From the NCBI GenBank assembly GCA_963756005.1, contig CAVWMC010000008.1, forward strand, positions 438,541 through 502,540: DNA of 64,000 nt, in the 5' to 3' direction. Shown piece by piece: positions 39,327 through 49,596 of the stretch (position 1 is its first letter; each line of letters begins with the position of its first letter). The position numbers and the translations under genes were made by a program. The DNA comes from an uncultured delta proteobacterium. Its GTDB lineage: Bacteria > Desulfobacterota > Binatia > Binatales > Binataceae. The notes beneath the pieces are model-generated. The model saw nothing but the letters and a program-made list of their open reading frames with translations, searched no databases and was not told the DNA's origin.

Positions 39327-39384
39327 GCGGTTTCGATCGCTAGCATCGCGATCGCACCGCGCGCAACCGCGACGCGCCGCCGCG

Positions 39385-39699
39385 TCAGTCTTTGGATGGC
39401 TGGAATACTACCTCTACGTGATCCAGGTAGCTTAGCAACTGGCGCGCGAGCGTCGTCACCGCGCCGTCGTCGCGGATCGCGGCGGCATTTTCGAGCCCGC
39501 GCCCCATCTCGGTCATCGAGTCGAAGCCGTAGCTGCCGCCTTCGCCCTTGAGGCGATGCGCGATGCTGCTGATGGCGGCGTAGTCGCGGTGCGAGACCGC
39601 CTCGAAAATCGTGGCGATGTCGTTGCGCTTGTGGATCAGAAAATCCGGGATCAGGTCGCTCAGATCCTCGTCCACTTCCACTATTACTCGGTCCGGCAT
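39385..39699 (-). CDS. Hpt domain protein
   Basis: AHRLKGEGGSYGF motif; adjacent to the hybrid kinase. Confidence 0.88.
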   Translation of the reverse strand: MPDRVIVEVDEDLSDLIPDFLIHKRNDIATIFEAVSHRDYAAISSIAHRLKGEGGSYGFDSMTEMGRGLENAAAIRDDGAVTTLARQLLSYLDHVEVVFQPSKD

Positions 39700-42600
39700 G
39701 CTGCCTCCTTGAGACTGGCGTGGTCCGCCGTCCCGTCGTCCAACTGGGGTTCACTGACCGCGTCGCGAATCGCCTCGAGCAGTGTCGATCTTGTGACCGG
39801 CTTGGTCACGTGCGCGTCGCATCCGGCGGCTTGCGTGCGATGCGCCGCTTCTTCCAGCGCCGACGCGGTCAGCGCGACGATCGGCGTGCGGCGGCGGCCG
39901 TTGGCCAGCTCCCAGACTCGAATCGTGCTGGTCGCTTCGTAGCCGTCAACGATCGGCATCTGGATGTCCATCAGCACCAGGTCGAAATTGCCGGCGGTAA
40001 ATTTGTCGATCGCCTGCTGGCCGTCTTCAGCCTCTTCGAGACGGTAGGGCGTTTTTTTCAGGTAGGCGCGGATGAGCGCACGGTTGTCGCGCGAATCGTC
40101 GGCCATCAGAATTTTCAGCGGCCGATCGAGGACCGCGGGCAAAGCCGGTTTCGCCGCGATTGGCGGAGGCGCCGCCCGATCGTCGCGCGCCTTCAGCTGC
40201 GAGCCGGCGCGCGCCCGCGCGACCGCCGCGAACAACTCAGCGCGCCGCACCGGTTTGACGAGGTAGTTATCAATTCCCATCGCGCGCAGACCGGCAACCT
40301 CGCAGGTCAAGTCGTTGGTGCCGAGCATCATCACGAGCCGCCGCCGGTCCAGTCCCTCGCGGACGAGTTGCCGGGCCGACTCGAATCCGCCGCGCCTCGG
40401 GAGCGCGCTGTCGAGCAATACGATTGGGTCCGCTGAGCCGGGGGAATTGTCGCGCCGCAATCTCGCCGTCGCTTCCGCCGCGGACGCCGCCGCGACGACC
40501 TGCGCCCCTTGTGCGGTGAGCAGATCCGACAGAATCGAGCGGCTGGCGGCGTTGTCGCCGGCCACGATAATTCGCATGCCGCCGAAGAGCGGTGCCGGTG
40601 TCGCGATGGCCGGCGCCGTGCCGAATCGCGCCGTGAATGAAAACGCGCTGCCCGAGCCTGCTTCGCTCGACACCTCGACCGTGCCGTGCATCAGCGCGAC
40701 CAGCCGCGCGACGATCGCCAGTCCGAGCCCGCTGCCGCCGTATTTGCGCGAGGTCGAAGAGTCGGCCTGGCTGAACGGGTGGAACAGCAGGTGGCGCTGA
40801 TCGGCGGCAATTCCGATGCCGGTGTCGCGCACCGTGAATTTGAGAGCGCCCGCCGCGGTTGAGCCGGGGTCGTGCTCGACCGTCACCATCACCTGCCCTT
40901 TGTGCGTGAATTTGATCGCGTTGCCGACCAGGTTGATCAGGATCTGGCCGAGCCTCAACGAATCGCCGAGCACGAGATCGGGAATCTCGGGCGCGAATCG
41001 CACCATCAGCTCGAGGCCTTTTTCGTGCGCGCGAATCGCCAGCGTCTCGAGCACCTTCTCGATGGCGTCCTTGAGGTCGAACTCGATCGCCTCGAGGCTG
41101 ATCCGCCCGCTCTCGACCTTGGCGAGATCGAGAATGCCGTTGATCAATGCGAGCAGCGCATGGCCGTTGCTGATAACGGTGCTCAAATATCTTCGCTGCT
41201 CGTCGTCGAGCGCGGTTTCCATCAGCTGATCGGCCATTCCGAGAATCGAGTTCATCGGCGTGCGAATCTCGTGCGACATGCTCGACAGGAATTCCGACTT
41301 GGCGCGCGACGCCGCCAGCGCCGCCTCGCGCGCCGCGACCAGCTCGCGCTGGGTCATCTTGAGGTCGGAGATTTCGCGCGAAATTGTCAGGCAGCAGAGT
41401 TGTCCGTGCAGCTCCAGGTTCAACGCCGACAGGAGTACCGGCTGCTCCGCGCCGCCCTTCATGCGGAACATAACTTCGAGGTTGCGGACTTCGTTGGTTT
41501 TCGAGAGTTGATCGCCGAAGGCAATCATTTCGTCCGGATGAATCCACATGTTGAGATCGGTGAAATGATGGCCGATGGCTTCTGCGCGCGAGAACCCCGT
41601 CGCCTTGGTGAATTCCTGGTTCACATCGATGTAGTTTCCGTCGGTGCCGGTGAGCGTCATGCTGTCGAGATTGGCGTCGAAGAGCTTGCGGAAGGTCTCT
41701 TCGCTGTCGCTGAGCGCTTTGACCTGCCGCGACAATTCCTCGCGCGCCGACAGCAGGTCGCGCTCGATCTGCTTTCGGGGCGTGATGTCGCGAATGTAGG
41801 CGACGACGCAGGGCTGATGCCGATAGTCGATCAACGCGGCGGAAATCAGCGTCGGGACGATGGTCCGGTCGTGGCGAAGAAAATCGACCTCGAGGTTGCG
41901 TACCTGACCCTGGCTGACGAGGGTCGCGCTGAATCTTTCGCGGTCCGACGGCTTGGCCCACACGCCGAGTTCGAGGTCCGACTTGCCGATCGTTTCTTCG
42001 AGGATGTGACCGCCCAGTCGTAGAAATTCCGCGTTGACTGCCACATATCTGCCGTCTAACGCGTCGGCGACCGAAATCGCGTCCGGGCTGAGGTCGAAGA
42101 TCGCGCGCTGGGCGGCTTCGTTCTCTGCCAGCGCGCGTGACGCTTGCTTGGCTGCGGTCAGGTCGCGAATCATCGTGACCACGCAGTCTTCGCCTTCGAG
42201 TTCGACCCGCACCGCCGCCACCAACGCCGGCATCAGGCGACCGTCGGGAAGAATGAAATCGACCTCCATGTTGCGCACCACGCCGTCGGCCGTAATGCGG
42301 GCGCGAAACACCTGGTGTAGTGCCTCGCTCGCCCAGATCTGACGCCGGCCCTTTAGGGAGTCGTCGAGATCCTTTTGCCCATATCCAAGCCGCTCGAACT
42401 GCTGATTGAAATCGATGTAAGCGCCGTCGGACAGCCGCGTGACCACGATAATGTCGAGCGTCGCGTCGAAGATCTTGCGCAAGGCGGCGTGGCTGGCGCG
42501 CAAGCTGGTCTCGACGCGCTTTATCGCCGTGATGTCCCTGACCATTGAAATCACGCACGCGTCGCCGTTGACTTCGACCATCGAGGCCGAGATGAGATGG

Positions 42601-43655
42601 GTTTCGTTGGCGCCGCCGTCCTTGCGCCGCTGCGTGATTTCCATGTTCTTGACGCGCCCGGTGCGCCGAATTTTCTCGAGAAACTGCTCCATCTGCTGGT
42701 CGTCCGGCCACATCCCAAGCGCGATGATGCTGTTGCCAATCACGTCGGCGCGGGTGTACCCGGCGACCTGGTAGTCGTCGTTAACCGCGACAAAGCGTCC
42801 GTCGGCGAGACTGTTGACCGCGATATTGTCCGGCGACGCTTCGAACATCTTGCGCAGCATCGCCTCGCTGGCCTGCAGCTGAACGTGGTCGCGCTCACGG
42901 GCGGTCGCGGTTTCCGCGCGCAGGTATATCTCGCGCCTGAGCAAGCGATCGTTCCGGGCCAGCGCTGTCAGTTGATCGGCCAGCTTCCGACGATAGCGGG
43001 CGCCCAGCACCGCACTCAGTTGCGACCATAGTGCCGCGCTCACGAGCACCATCCAGGCGATCCCGAGACGCGGATTGGGGTCCTCGGTTCGCGCCGAGTA
43101 GGCCAGCAACGCGAGCGCCCCAATCGCCTCGAGCGCCGCCTGCCAGCGCGCGTTCCACGGCAGCAGAGTCCCGGCTGCAAAGAAGGACATCGCCAGTGAC
43201 GCCACCAGCACGTCGCTGTCGCTGTTTATCAGCGCAATCGACGCGGTGGCCGCCATGATCGACGCGAGAATCAGCAGGGTAAGCGCCTGCCAGTTGCGCA
43301 TCGCACGCGGCGATAGCGTCAAGACGAGGGCAGCGACGCCGAATGCCACGATCGCCACATGCAGCGGCAGCGTCCGCGCGAGAGTCTGCGGATACTCCAC
43401 GCGGTCGAGCAACGTGTATCCAATTTCAAAAGCGACGATTGCCAACGCGCCCACGCGCAGGATTGCGCGCGCGTCCGGGACCTCGAGCGCGGCCGGATGC
43501 ATCGTCGCGTCGTCCGGTTCGCGCGGTACGCCGGCTCGCTCATGCGCGATAGCGTCGATTATCGGCGCGGCGCCCGACGCAGCATCGCCATTGGTCGAAT
43601 CGAGCGGGCTGGAACGGCGAACGCCATCGGCGGACGGATCTATCTGGAGGTCCAC
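39684..43655 (-). CDS. Hybrid sensor histidine kinase (TM region, ~4 PAS, HisKA, HATPase, 2 REC)
   Basis: SEFLSSMSHEIRTPMN, NLVGNAIKFT, DTGIG, GGSGLGL and LMDIQMP; repeated PAS units. Confidence 0.93.
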   Translation of the reverse strand: MDLQIDPSADGVRRSSPLDSTNGDAASGAAPIIDAIAHERAGVPREPDDATMHPAALEVPDARAILRVGALAIVAFEIGYTLLDRVEYPQTLARTLPLHVAIVAFGVAALVLTLSPRAMRNWQALTLLILASIMAATASIALINSDSDVLVASLAMSFFAAGTLLPWNARWQAALEAIGALALLAYSARTEDPNPRLGIAWMVLVSAALWSQLSAVLGARYRRKLADQLTALARNDRLLRREIYLRAETATARERDHVQLQASEAMLRKMFEASPDNIAVNSLADGRFVAVNDDYQVAGYTRADVIGNSIIALGMWPDDQQMEQFLEKIRRTGRVKNMEITQRRKDGGANETHLISASMVEVNGDACVISMVRDITAIKRVETSLRASHAALRKIFDATLDIIVVTRLSDGAYIDFNQQFERLGYGQKDLDDSLKGRRQIWASEALHQVFRARITADGVVRNMEVDFILPDGRLMPALVAAVRVELEGEDCVVTMIRDLTAAKQASRALAENEAAQRAIFDLSPDAISVADALDGRYVAVNAEFLRLGGHILEETIGKSDLELGVWAKPSDRERFSATLVSQGQVRNLEVDFLRHDRTIVPTLISAALIDYRHQPCVVAYIRDITPRKQIERDLLSAREELSRQVKALSDSEETFRKLFDANLDSMTLTGTDGNYIDVNQEFTKATGFSRAEAIGHHFTDLNMWIHPDEMIAFGDQLSKTNEVRNLEVMFRMKGGAEQPVLLSALNLELHGQLCCLTISREISDLKMTQRELVAAREAALAASRAKSEFLSSMSHEIRTPMNSILGMADQLMETALDDEQRRYLSTVISNGHALLALINGILDLAKVESGRISLEAIEFDLKDAIEKVLETLAIRAHEKGLELMVRFAPEIPDLVLGDSLRLGQILINLVGNAIKFTHKGQVMVTVEHDPGSTAAGALKFTVRDTGIGIAADQRHLLFHPFSQADSSTSRKYGGSGLGLAIVARLVALMHGTVEVSSEAGSGSAFSFTARFGTAPAIATPAPLFGGMRIIVAGDNAASRSILSDLLTAQGAQVVAAASAAEATARLRRDNSPGSADPIVLLDSALPRRGGFESARQLVREGLDRRRLVMMLGTNDLTCEVAGLRAMGIDNYLVKPVRRAELFAAVARARAGSQLKARDDRAAPPPIAAKPALPAVLDRPLKILMADDSRDNRALIRAYLKKTPYRLEEAEDGQQAIDKFTAGNFDLVLMDIQMPIVDGYEATSTIRVWELANGRRRTPIVALTASALEEAAHRTQAAGCDAHVTKPVTRSTLLEAIRDAVSEPQLDDGTADHASLKEAACRTE

Positions 43656-43800
43656 ATCTGGATAGCAAGCAAGTCCAATGCCCCGTGCCGGGATTGCAAC
43701 GACCTGCTATCGCCGTCCGAGGTTGGCTTCCGTGGCCGAAGTTCAACGCTGTCGCGGCCGGTGTCCCAAAATGCGTTGGCTCCGCGCCTTGAAATGTCTT

Positions 43801-44957
43801 TCAGCCGCCCAGCGCCGCCTCGAAATCCTCGATCAGGTCGTCGCTCGATTCCAGACCGACCGACAACCGCACCAGGCCGTCGCCGATTCCCGCCCGCGCG
43901 CGCTCGGCCGCCGACATCCCCGAATGCGAAGTCGTCGCCGGCCGCGTGATCAGAGTCTCGACGCCGCCAAGGCTGGGCGCGCTGATCGGTATCGTCACGC
44001 GCTCCATCAAACGCCGCGCCGCGTCGAGACCGCCCGCGAGCTCGAAGCTCAGCACGCCGCCGAAGCCGTCGAACAGCTCGCACGCGCGCAGGTGATTCGC
44101 GTGGCTCTCGAGGCCGGGATAGTTCACCCGCGCGACGCGCGATGCTGTTCGAGCCATCGCGCAAGCTTGAGCGCACTTTCATTCTGATGGCGCACGCGGA
44201 CTGCGAGCGTCTTCATCCCGCGATGCAGCAGGAAGCATGCGTGCGGATCGAGACTCGCGCCAAGATGGTTCTGCGTATGGGTGATGCGTTCGACCAGGTC
44301 GGCGCGCCCGATCACGGCGCCGGCGACGATATCGGTATGGCCATTGAGATACTTGGTGCCGCTATGAATCGAGAGGTCGAAGCCGATTTCCGCGGGCCGA
44401 AAATTGATCGGGCTCGCGAACGTGTTGTCGATGATCGAGACCAGCCCGTTCTCCGCCGCGAAATCCACCGCCGCATTCAAGTCGCTCACTTGCAGCAGCG
44501 GATTCGACATCGCCTCGACGTAGATGGCCTTGGTGTTGGGCCGCAGCGCCTCGCGCCACGTGGCCGGCTCGTCGCCATCGACGAAATCCACCGCGAGTCC
44601 GTAGCGCGGGAACTCCTCGACGAACAGATCATGCGTGCCGCCGTACACGCAGTCCTGCGCGAGCAGATGCCCGCCGCCGGCGAGCACCGTGAGGAGCGTC
44701 GCCGATATCGCCGCCATCCCGCTGCCCGCAACCAGCGCCGCTTCCGCGTTTTCGAGCGCCGCCAGCTTGGCGTGCAGCACCGCGTGATTGGGCGTGTTAT
44801 TAAGCCGGATGTAGCGCAGGTCGTGGTAGCTGGTCTGCCCCGCATACTCGTAGGTCGAGGACTGAAATATCGGCATCGTGACCGCGCCACCGATGAGCGG
44901 CTCCGGCTCGCCGGCGTGAATCAGCTTGGTATCGAGTCCTTTGATAAGTCGCGCCAT
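43801..44957 (-). CDS. PLP-dependent trans-sulfuration enzyme (cystathionine gamma-synthase/methionine gamma-lyase family); apparent -1 frameshift at ~44140
   Basis: PIFQSSTY, SGMAAI, YGGT, DNTFASP and HSGTKYLNGHTD; continues as VNYPGL..SLGGVETL..RLSVGLE in ORF 43801..44157. Confidence 0.9.
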
Positions 44958-44960
44958 GGA

Positions 44961-45019
44961 GCCTCCGATGCCACGACATTTATCACCCGGCGCGTCAGGG
45001 AAAATAGGTGTCGGCAGGC
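44961..45019 (+). repeat. 59-bp direct repeat, island boundary (att-like)
   Basis: Identical except 1 nt to 50325-50383. Confidence 0.93.
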
Positions 45020-45237
45020 CCCCTGCTCGCTCCTGGGCTTCGTGGAGCGTCTGTTCCAGTTGATGGTTGCTCTGGAGTTCCGCCGGTATCTTCGGGTGAT
45101 GCGTCTGCCAGCGCTTGAGAATCATCTGGCCCAACCGCTCTGGTGAAATCTGTGGGTCTGCCGGAGAAGAGATTGAGCTGCGCGTAGTCGCGCGGCGGCC
45201 GGCGGAACCCCTTGCCATGGTAAAGTGTCGAAGCCAT
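45020..45237 (-). pseudogene. Truncated small mobile-element protein remnant (TnpV-like, tentative)
   Basis: ..LGQMILKRWQTHHPKIPAELQSNHQLEQTLHEAQERA, cut off by the repeat; frame disrupted. Confidence 0.35.
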
Positions 45238-45503
45238 GCGTCGAAAGTTCCCTCCGTTAGCTCCGGCGAACCAACCGCCAGATCACCACGGGTATGAGAA
45301 ACTTACGGATGTTGCTCACGCGGTGTATTATCAACCAAAAGTTTTGAGGAATGGTTAAGCGCCTATGGCAAAGGGGCCGAAATAGTAGTGCGTAGGCATG
45401 GGTAATCGTTGCGAGCGTAGCCGGAGCGCAGACGCTAACATGCCTAGATCTCGGGAGAATAGAGCGGCAAAACCGCTAACGCAGCTCGTTGGGCGCACGC
45501 ATC

Positions 45504-46625
45504 TCAGTTGAGCACAATGATGGTCGATGGAAATCCGAGGTTGGGAATTCTTATTTCGTGATCCGGAGATACATCGCCATTGCTACCCGCTTTGAACTCC
45601 AGGAGTCTGTCTCCATCCTCGACATAAATCGTCCCTCGTTGGTCAATTGCGATGGTGCAAGGGTCTCTCAGTCCGGTCCTCGGGCCAAAGATACTTGCTA
45701 TAGGAGCACTGCCCTCGTGACTCCCAGGTTTGTACACCGTAATGCTGGGTCCTCCTCTATTCGCTACATAGAGGTTTCCTTCTCCATCGAAAGCAAGACG
45801 GTCAGGGCGAGCCAAGCCGGTGGTAGGCCCCCAAAGTGTCGTGATGGGCGTCACCGTGCCGGAGGCGTCCGCGGACAATTCTGAAATGCAGTTATTGAGG
45901 CCATCGGCGATCCAAAGATTCCCATTGAGATCCAAGGTCATGCCGCCGTACATGCCGCAGCTATAGCCCGGCCGGAATGTGATCTTGGCCTCCGGCGTGC
46001 TGTTGCCGTTTGCATCGGAACGGAACTTGAGAATGCAACTGACGCTCGGCTCCGAGCCGCAGGCGCTTGCGACGAAAATGTGACTGCCATCTGGAGCGAC
46101 CGTTATGGCCAGGCCGCCCAAAAGACTCGTCGCGGGACCGGCTATAATTTTCATGGGGCTGGCATCTCCGCTGCTTCCGGCAGAGAATTTTAGGATGGTG
46201 CTACCACCTTGGAGGACATAGATGTCTCTGTTGTTATCCATGTCCATATCTGTAGGAAAGTCTGATTGGTTCATCGCAGTGAGTGGGCCTGAGATGCTAG
46301 TCACCATGGGAGCGTCGGCTTTTGCTGTTAGGTCGTATACCTGTACGCCGTGCGGTCCTAGAGCGACTAATTTGGTCGCGCCCGATTCATGTGGGCTGTC
46401 GACGCCTCCCACAGAAGGAGCAGGTGAGCGCACGACCGACTCGGCTTCCCTCTCGTGTAGCAGCCACATTCCGAGCAGCACACCCGCAGCGAAACACGTC
46501 ACCCCGGTTAAACTGATCCCCCTTAAGGCTGCAGGGGCGCGCCGCCAGCGGATGATTACGTATATCGCTACGACCGCGAGCACCGATGCGCTAAAGAAGG
46601 GCACAATCCGCCAAACGTCTATCAT
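45504..46625 (-). CDS. Membrane-anchored NHL-repeat beta-propeller protein
   Basis: Two TM segments, then repeats DNNRDIYV, DLNGNLWIAD, FDGEGNLYVAN and IDQRGTIYV with GP.T.L linkers. Confidence 0.75.
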   Translation of the reverse strand: MIDVWRIVPFFSASVLAVVAIYVIIRWRRAPAALRGISLTGVTCFAAGVLLGMWLLHEREAESVVRSPAPSVGGVDSPHESGATKLVALGPHGVQVYDLTAKADAPMVTSISGPLTAMNQSDFPTDMDMDNNRDIYVLQGGSTILKFSAGSSGDASPMKIIAGPATSLLGGLAITVAPDGSHIFVASACGSEPSVSCILKFRSDANGNSTPEAKITFRPGYSCGMYGGMTLDLNGNLWIADGLNNCISELSADASGTVTPITTLWGPTTGLARPDRLAFDGEGNLYVANRGGPSITVYKPGSHEGSAPIASIFGPRTGLRDPCTIAIDQRGTIYVEDGDRLLEFKAGSNGDVSPDHEIRIPNLGFPSTIIVLN

Positions 46626-46749
46626 TTGGTTACTAGCTCCGTTCGCTATGAATCTCCTGAACTCTACGCGTTCGAATTTGTGGTCGTAGATCCAGCGGGC
46701 AAACAGATAGCTGTCCGCGAGCCACCGGCGGTCGCGCTCCGGACAGGCA

Positions 46750-47238
46750 CTAAGGCTTCTTCTTGCAGCCGGGCTGCCCGCAGTTACTCGGCCTTCTGCG
46801 GTTCTGCAGCCCTGGGGATCGCTGCTGCACCTTGGGATTACCACTCTTAGGATTATGATGACAGAAGAGGTCTTGTTCGGCAGGAACTGGACAAGTGTCT
46901 TTCGTCGGCCGGACAAGCCAACCTAAATGAAGCTCGAAGGGATTTATCCCCTTCAGTCGGCAGTACTTAGACAAAAGGATGCCGCCATGACCGTGGCCTG
47001 CGACTTTTCCCCAAAACCCTAGGGCGGAGGCAACTTCGGCGCCGATTCGGTGCCGCATATTTGTGTTCTTAGTCGCATGGCCGGAACCTAGATAGAGCAG
47101 GCCCGCTGGCTCCTGTTCCCACGGCTCCAACGAGAAAACATATAACCCGTAAGTCTCGGGGAAAATTGTCAGAGACGGATCGGCACCACCAACTCGGTCC
47201 AACAATTCGCGTAGCTTATACGGCCCTTCCCAAGGCAT
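46750..47238 (-). CDS. Putative GIY-YIG superfamily nuclease
   Basis: PETYGLYVF..LLYLGS..NMRHRI..AEQ..N pattern; GGAGG RBS. Confidence 0.55.
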   Translation of the reverse strand: MPWEGPYKLRELLDRVGGADPSLTIFPETYGLYVFSLEPWEQEPAGLLYLGSGHATKNTNMRHRIGAEVASALGFWGKVAGHGHGGILLSKYCRLKGINPFELHLGWLVRPTKDTCPVPAEQDLFCHHNPKSGNPKVQQRSPGLQNRRRPSNCGQPGCKKKP

Positions 47239-47408
47239 TTTACTTCTCCTCCGAGTATCGCTTTGCGTTCCCGGGCTTCAAATCTTCGCTCCCCAGGTAA
47301 GCTGCCATCGTCGATCCTACCTCTCCCGCTCGAAGTCTGCTCGCCAGCTGAGCCGGTAAGCCGGCAGCTCGTACTTCGCAGGATCGGCGGGTTCGCCGGC
47401 CGGAGGAC

Positions 47409-47692
47409 TGTGTTCGTGCCATCATTCGTGAGGTTGCCGTTGGCATCGTAGCTCAGCGTCGTTCCGTTGAAAGCGGTCATCTCGTTGTCCGCGTTGAACA
47501 TATTCCCGGTCACCGCCTGCGGCAGATTGGTCTGCGCGAAACTTCCGGTCTTTCCGATCACGCGCCCATCCGCGTCATACGAATATTCCAAATCACCCAC
47601 CCGATTATTGCCTAGCGTCCAGGTCGTCGCTTTCACTCGGGAGTCACCGTCATAGGTGTATGCCGCCAGAATGCCGTTGGGCAGCGTCAGCC
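47409..47692 (-). pseudogene. Rhs/YD-repeat fragment (paralogous to 49279-49562)
   Basis: LTLPNG..YTYDGDSR..YSYDADGR..YDANGNLTNDGTNT; collinear with the other copy at an offset of 1870 bp. Confidence 0.85.
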
Positions 47693-48328
47693 CTTTGGCG
47701 CTGTGCATTTGAACGACCGGAGTACCTGCAAGAACAAGGGCATGGCCTCATTTAATCCTGATGGACTAGTCGAGAGAGTGACATCATAGGCTATGTCGCC
47801 ATACTTTTCCCTCGGCCGGAGCGTGAACACTCCATAATTTATACCTGGTGTTCCAGATACACTATCTTCATATTCCACCGTCTGACGAACCGCTGGCAGG
47901 TTGCACAGCATAGTGCTCTCGCGCTTGATCTTTATCTTGGAAGCTCCACCAAAATTTTTAAGACCGTTCACCTGCAAGTCAGCAATCTGTTTTGCTGTAG
48001 TAAAATCTAAAGCATTATATTCTGCTTCTACACTAACGTAAGAATCCGCGTCATCGTCAAGATCAATGCGTATTCCGTGATTCGGAGCTTCCGGCACCGC
48101 ACCGACTCCTACCAAGTTGTCAGGTATGATTACCGAGTATCCAAATATTGGGTTGTTGTACGATTCGCGAAAGGTCAGACAATCAGAACAATTACGCGTC
48201 GGACCGCGGCCCGTGATGGTACTAGCGCCGGACGGTCGTCCGTCGCTCGGCCCTGTCCAGGCGGAATTCGCTGTTAGCACGCACGAGAAAACTGTGAGTA
48301 TGGTTATGAAGCTCCAGTTGCCTTTCAT
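47687..48328 (-). CDS. Putative periplasmic immunity protein
   Basis: Signal peptide; ATGA-coupled to the upstream Rhs toxin stop; AT-rich. Confidence 0.65.
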   Translation of the reverse strand: MKGNWSFITILTVFSCVLTANSAWTGPSDGRPSGASTITGRGPTRNCSDCLTFRESYNNPIFGYSVIIPDNLVGVGAVPEAPNHGIRIDLDDDADSYVSVEAEYNALDFTTAKQIADLQVNGLKNFGGASKIKIKRESTMLCNLPAVRQTVEYEDSVSGTPGINYGVFTLRPREKYGDIAYDVTLSTSPSGLNEAMPLFLQVLRSFKCTAPKG

Positions 48329-49562
48329 CTTCCTAAACATACCTTCTTCCACTTTAATATATCTTCGTAGTATGAGTCACTCACTCCCTGAGCCCACAGG
48401 CTAGTATTGGCAGTGTTATAGTTAGCGTCAATGAGGAAAGCCAGAAAAGTATCCATCGTCGGCGCGGAGTCAACGTCGCTTGCCCATTGGTTTGACCAAT
48501 CTTGGGCCGAAGCATCAAAATTACTGTAAGGTTGAATTTGCGACCCACTGTTGAAATCTTCGCCGAACATATTGTTTTCATTCGTCGCGCCAGGGCTAGT
48601 CAGGTATGTGCTTTCTAGCCATGATAGAGCCGCTATAAAGTCAGGATTGGTGTTCGCGAATTGCGCGATTTCCTGAAAAAGGTAATAGTGTGTGAAGAAT
48701 GTTCGATACTTTGGCGGACATTTATCGGGGCACATTCCTAGCGGGTCAATCAAATTAACCGGGCTATTACGCACATATCCATAAAGATTGGCATCGCCGC
48801 CAGCGAAGCCGATCGGATCTTGCGCGATGAACCTCTGGAGCGTCGGGCTGTAGTACCTGGCACGATAGTAGTACAGCCCGGTGGCGTCGTTTTCGCGGCC
48901 GGTGTATTGGTAGGAGTTGAAGCTCGACGCGCCGCTAGTAGTCGTGTTTCCGAAAGGCTCATAGGCGTACTGGGTCTGGATCGCGCCGGTAGCATCCGTC
49001 AGAGCCAGGGTGCTTCCAAGATTGTCGGAAAGATAGCTCCGCGCGCCGACTGAGTCGGAGCGTTGGAAATATTCGTCAATCTGGGCGCCGGTCAATAAGT
49101 TTGCGCTGGGCGTATCGCTCGCATCGAGTTCTTGCACTGGATTAAAACCATCATACAGGATCGCGGTAGTGCTGGCTGCAATGGATTTGCTCATCCGACG
49201 ACCCAGAGCGTCATAGATGAAACTGGCCATTGCGCCGCCGCTCATCGCCGTCAGGTGATTGCGAGCGTCCCACGTATATGTGTTCGTGCCATCATTCGTG
49301 AGGTTGCCGTTGGCATCGTAGCTCAGCGTCGTTCCGTTGAAAGCGGTCATCTCGTTGTCTGCGTTGAACGTATTTCCCGCCACCGCCTGCGGCAAGTTGG
49401 TCTGGGCGAAGCTGCCGGGCTTTTGAATCACCCGACCGTCCGCGTCGTATGCGTACTCAAGGTCGCCCACCGGATTGCCCGCTAGCGTCCGGGTCATCGC
49501 CGTCACGCGCGAGTCGTTGTCGTAAGTATTTGCGAGCACGATCCAGTTGGGCGGGGTCAGCC
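48325..49562 (-). CDS. Orphan Rhs core with C-terminal toxin (glucosaminidase/GH73-like); 5'-truncated
   Basis: YD repeats; core YTGRE..GLYYYRARYYSP..RFIAQDPIG..NLYGYV.NSPVNLIDPLG; CT with AALSWLES..NNMFG..Y.NFDAS..W..YN. Confidence 0.85.
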
Positions 49563-49596
49563 ACCCGTTGTACTGTTTAGTTGCTCCGGACCAAGA

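Noticed and set aside
40270-42711. 813-aa Arg-rich ORF
   Set aside because: Alternative frame of the hybrid kinase.
44958-45218. N-terminal extension of the trans-sulfuration enzyme
   Set aside because: Read-through across the island boundary; the true ATG at 44957 has a GGAGG RBS.
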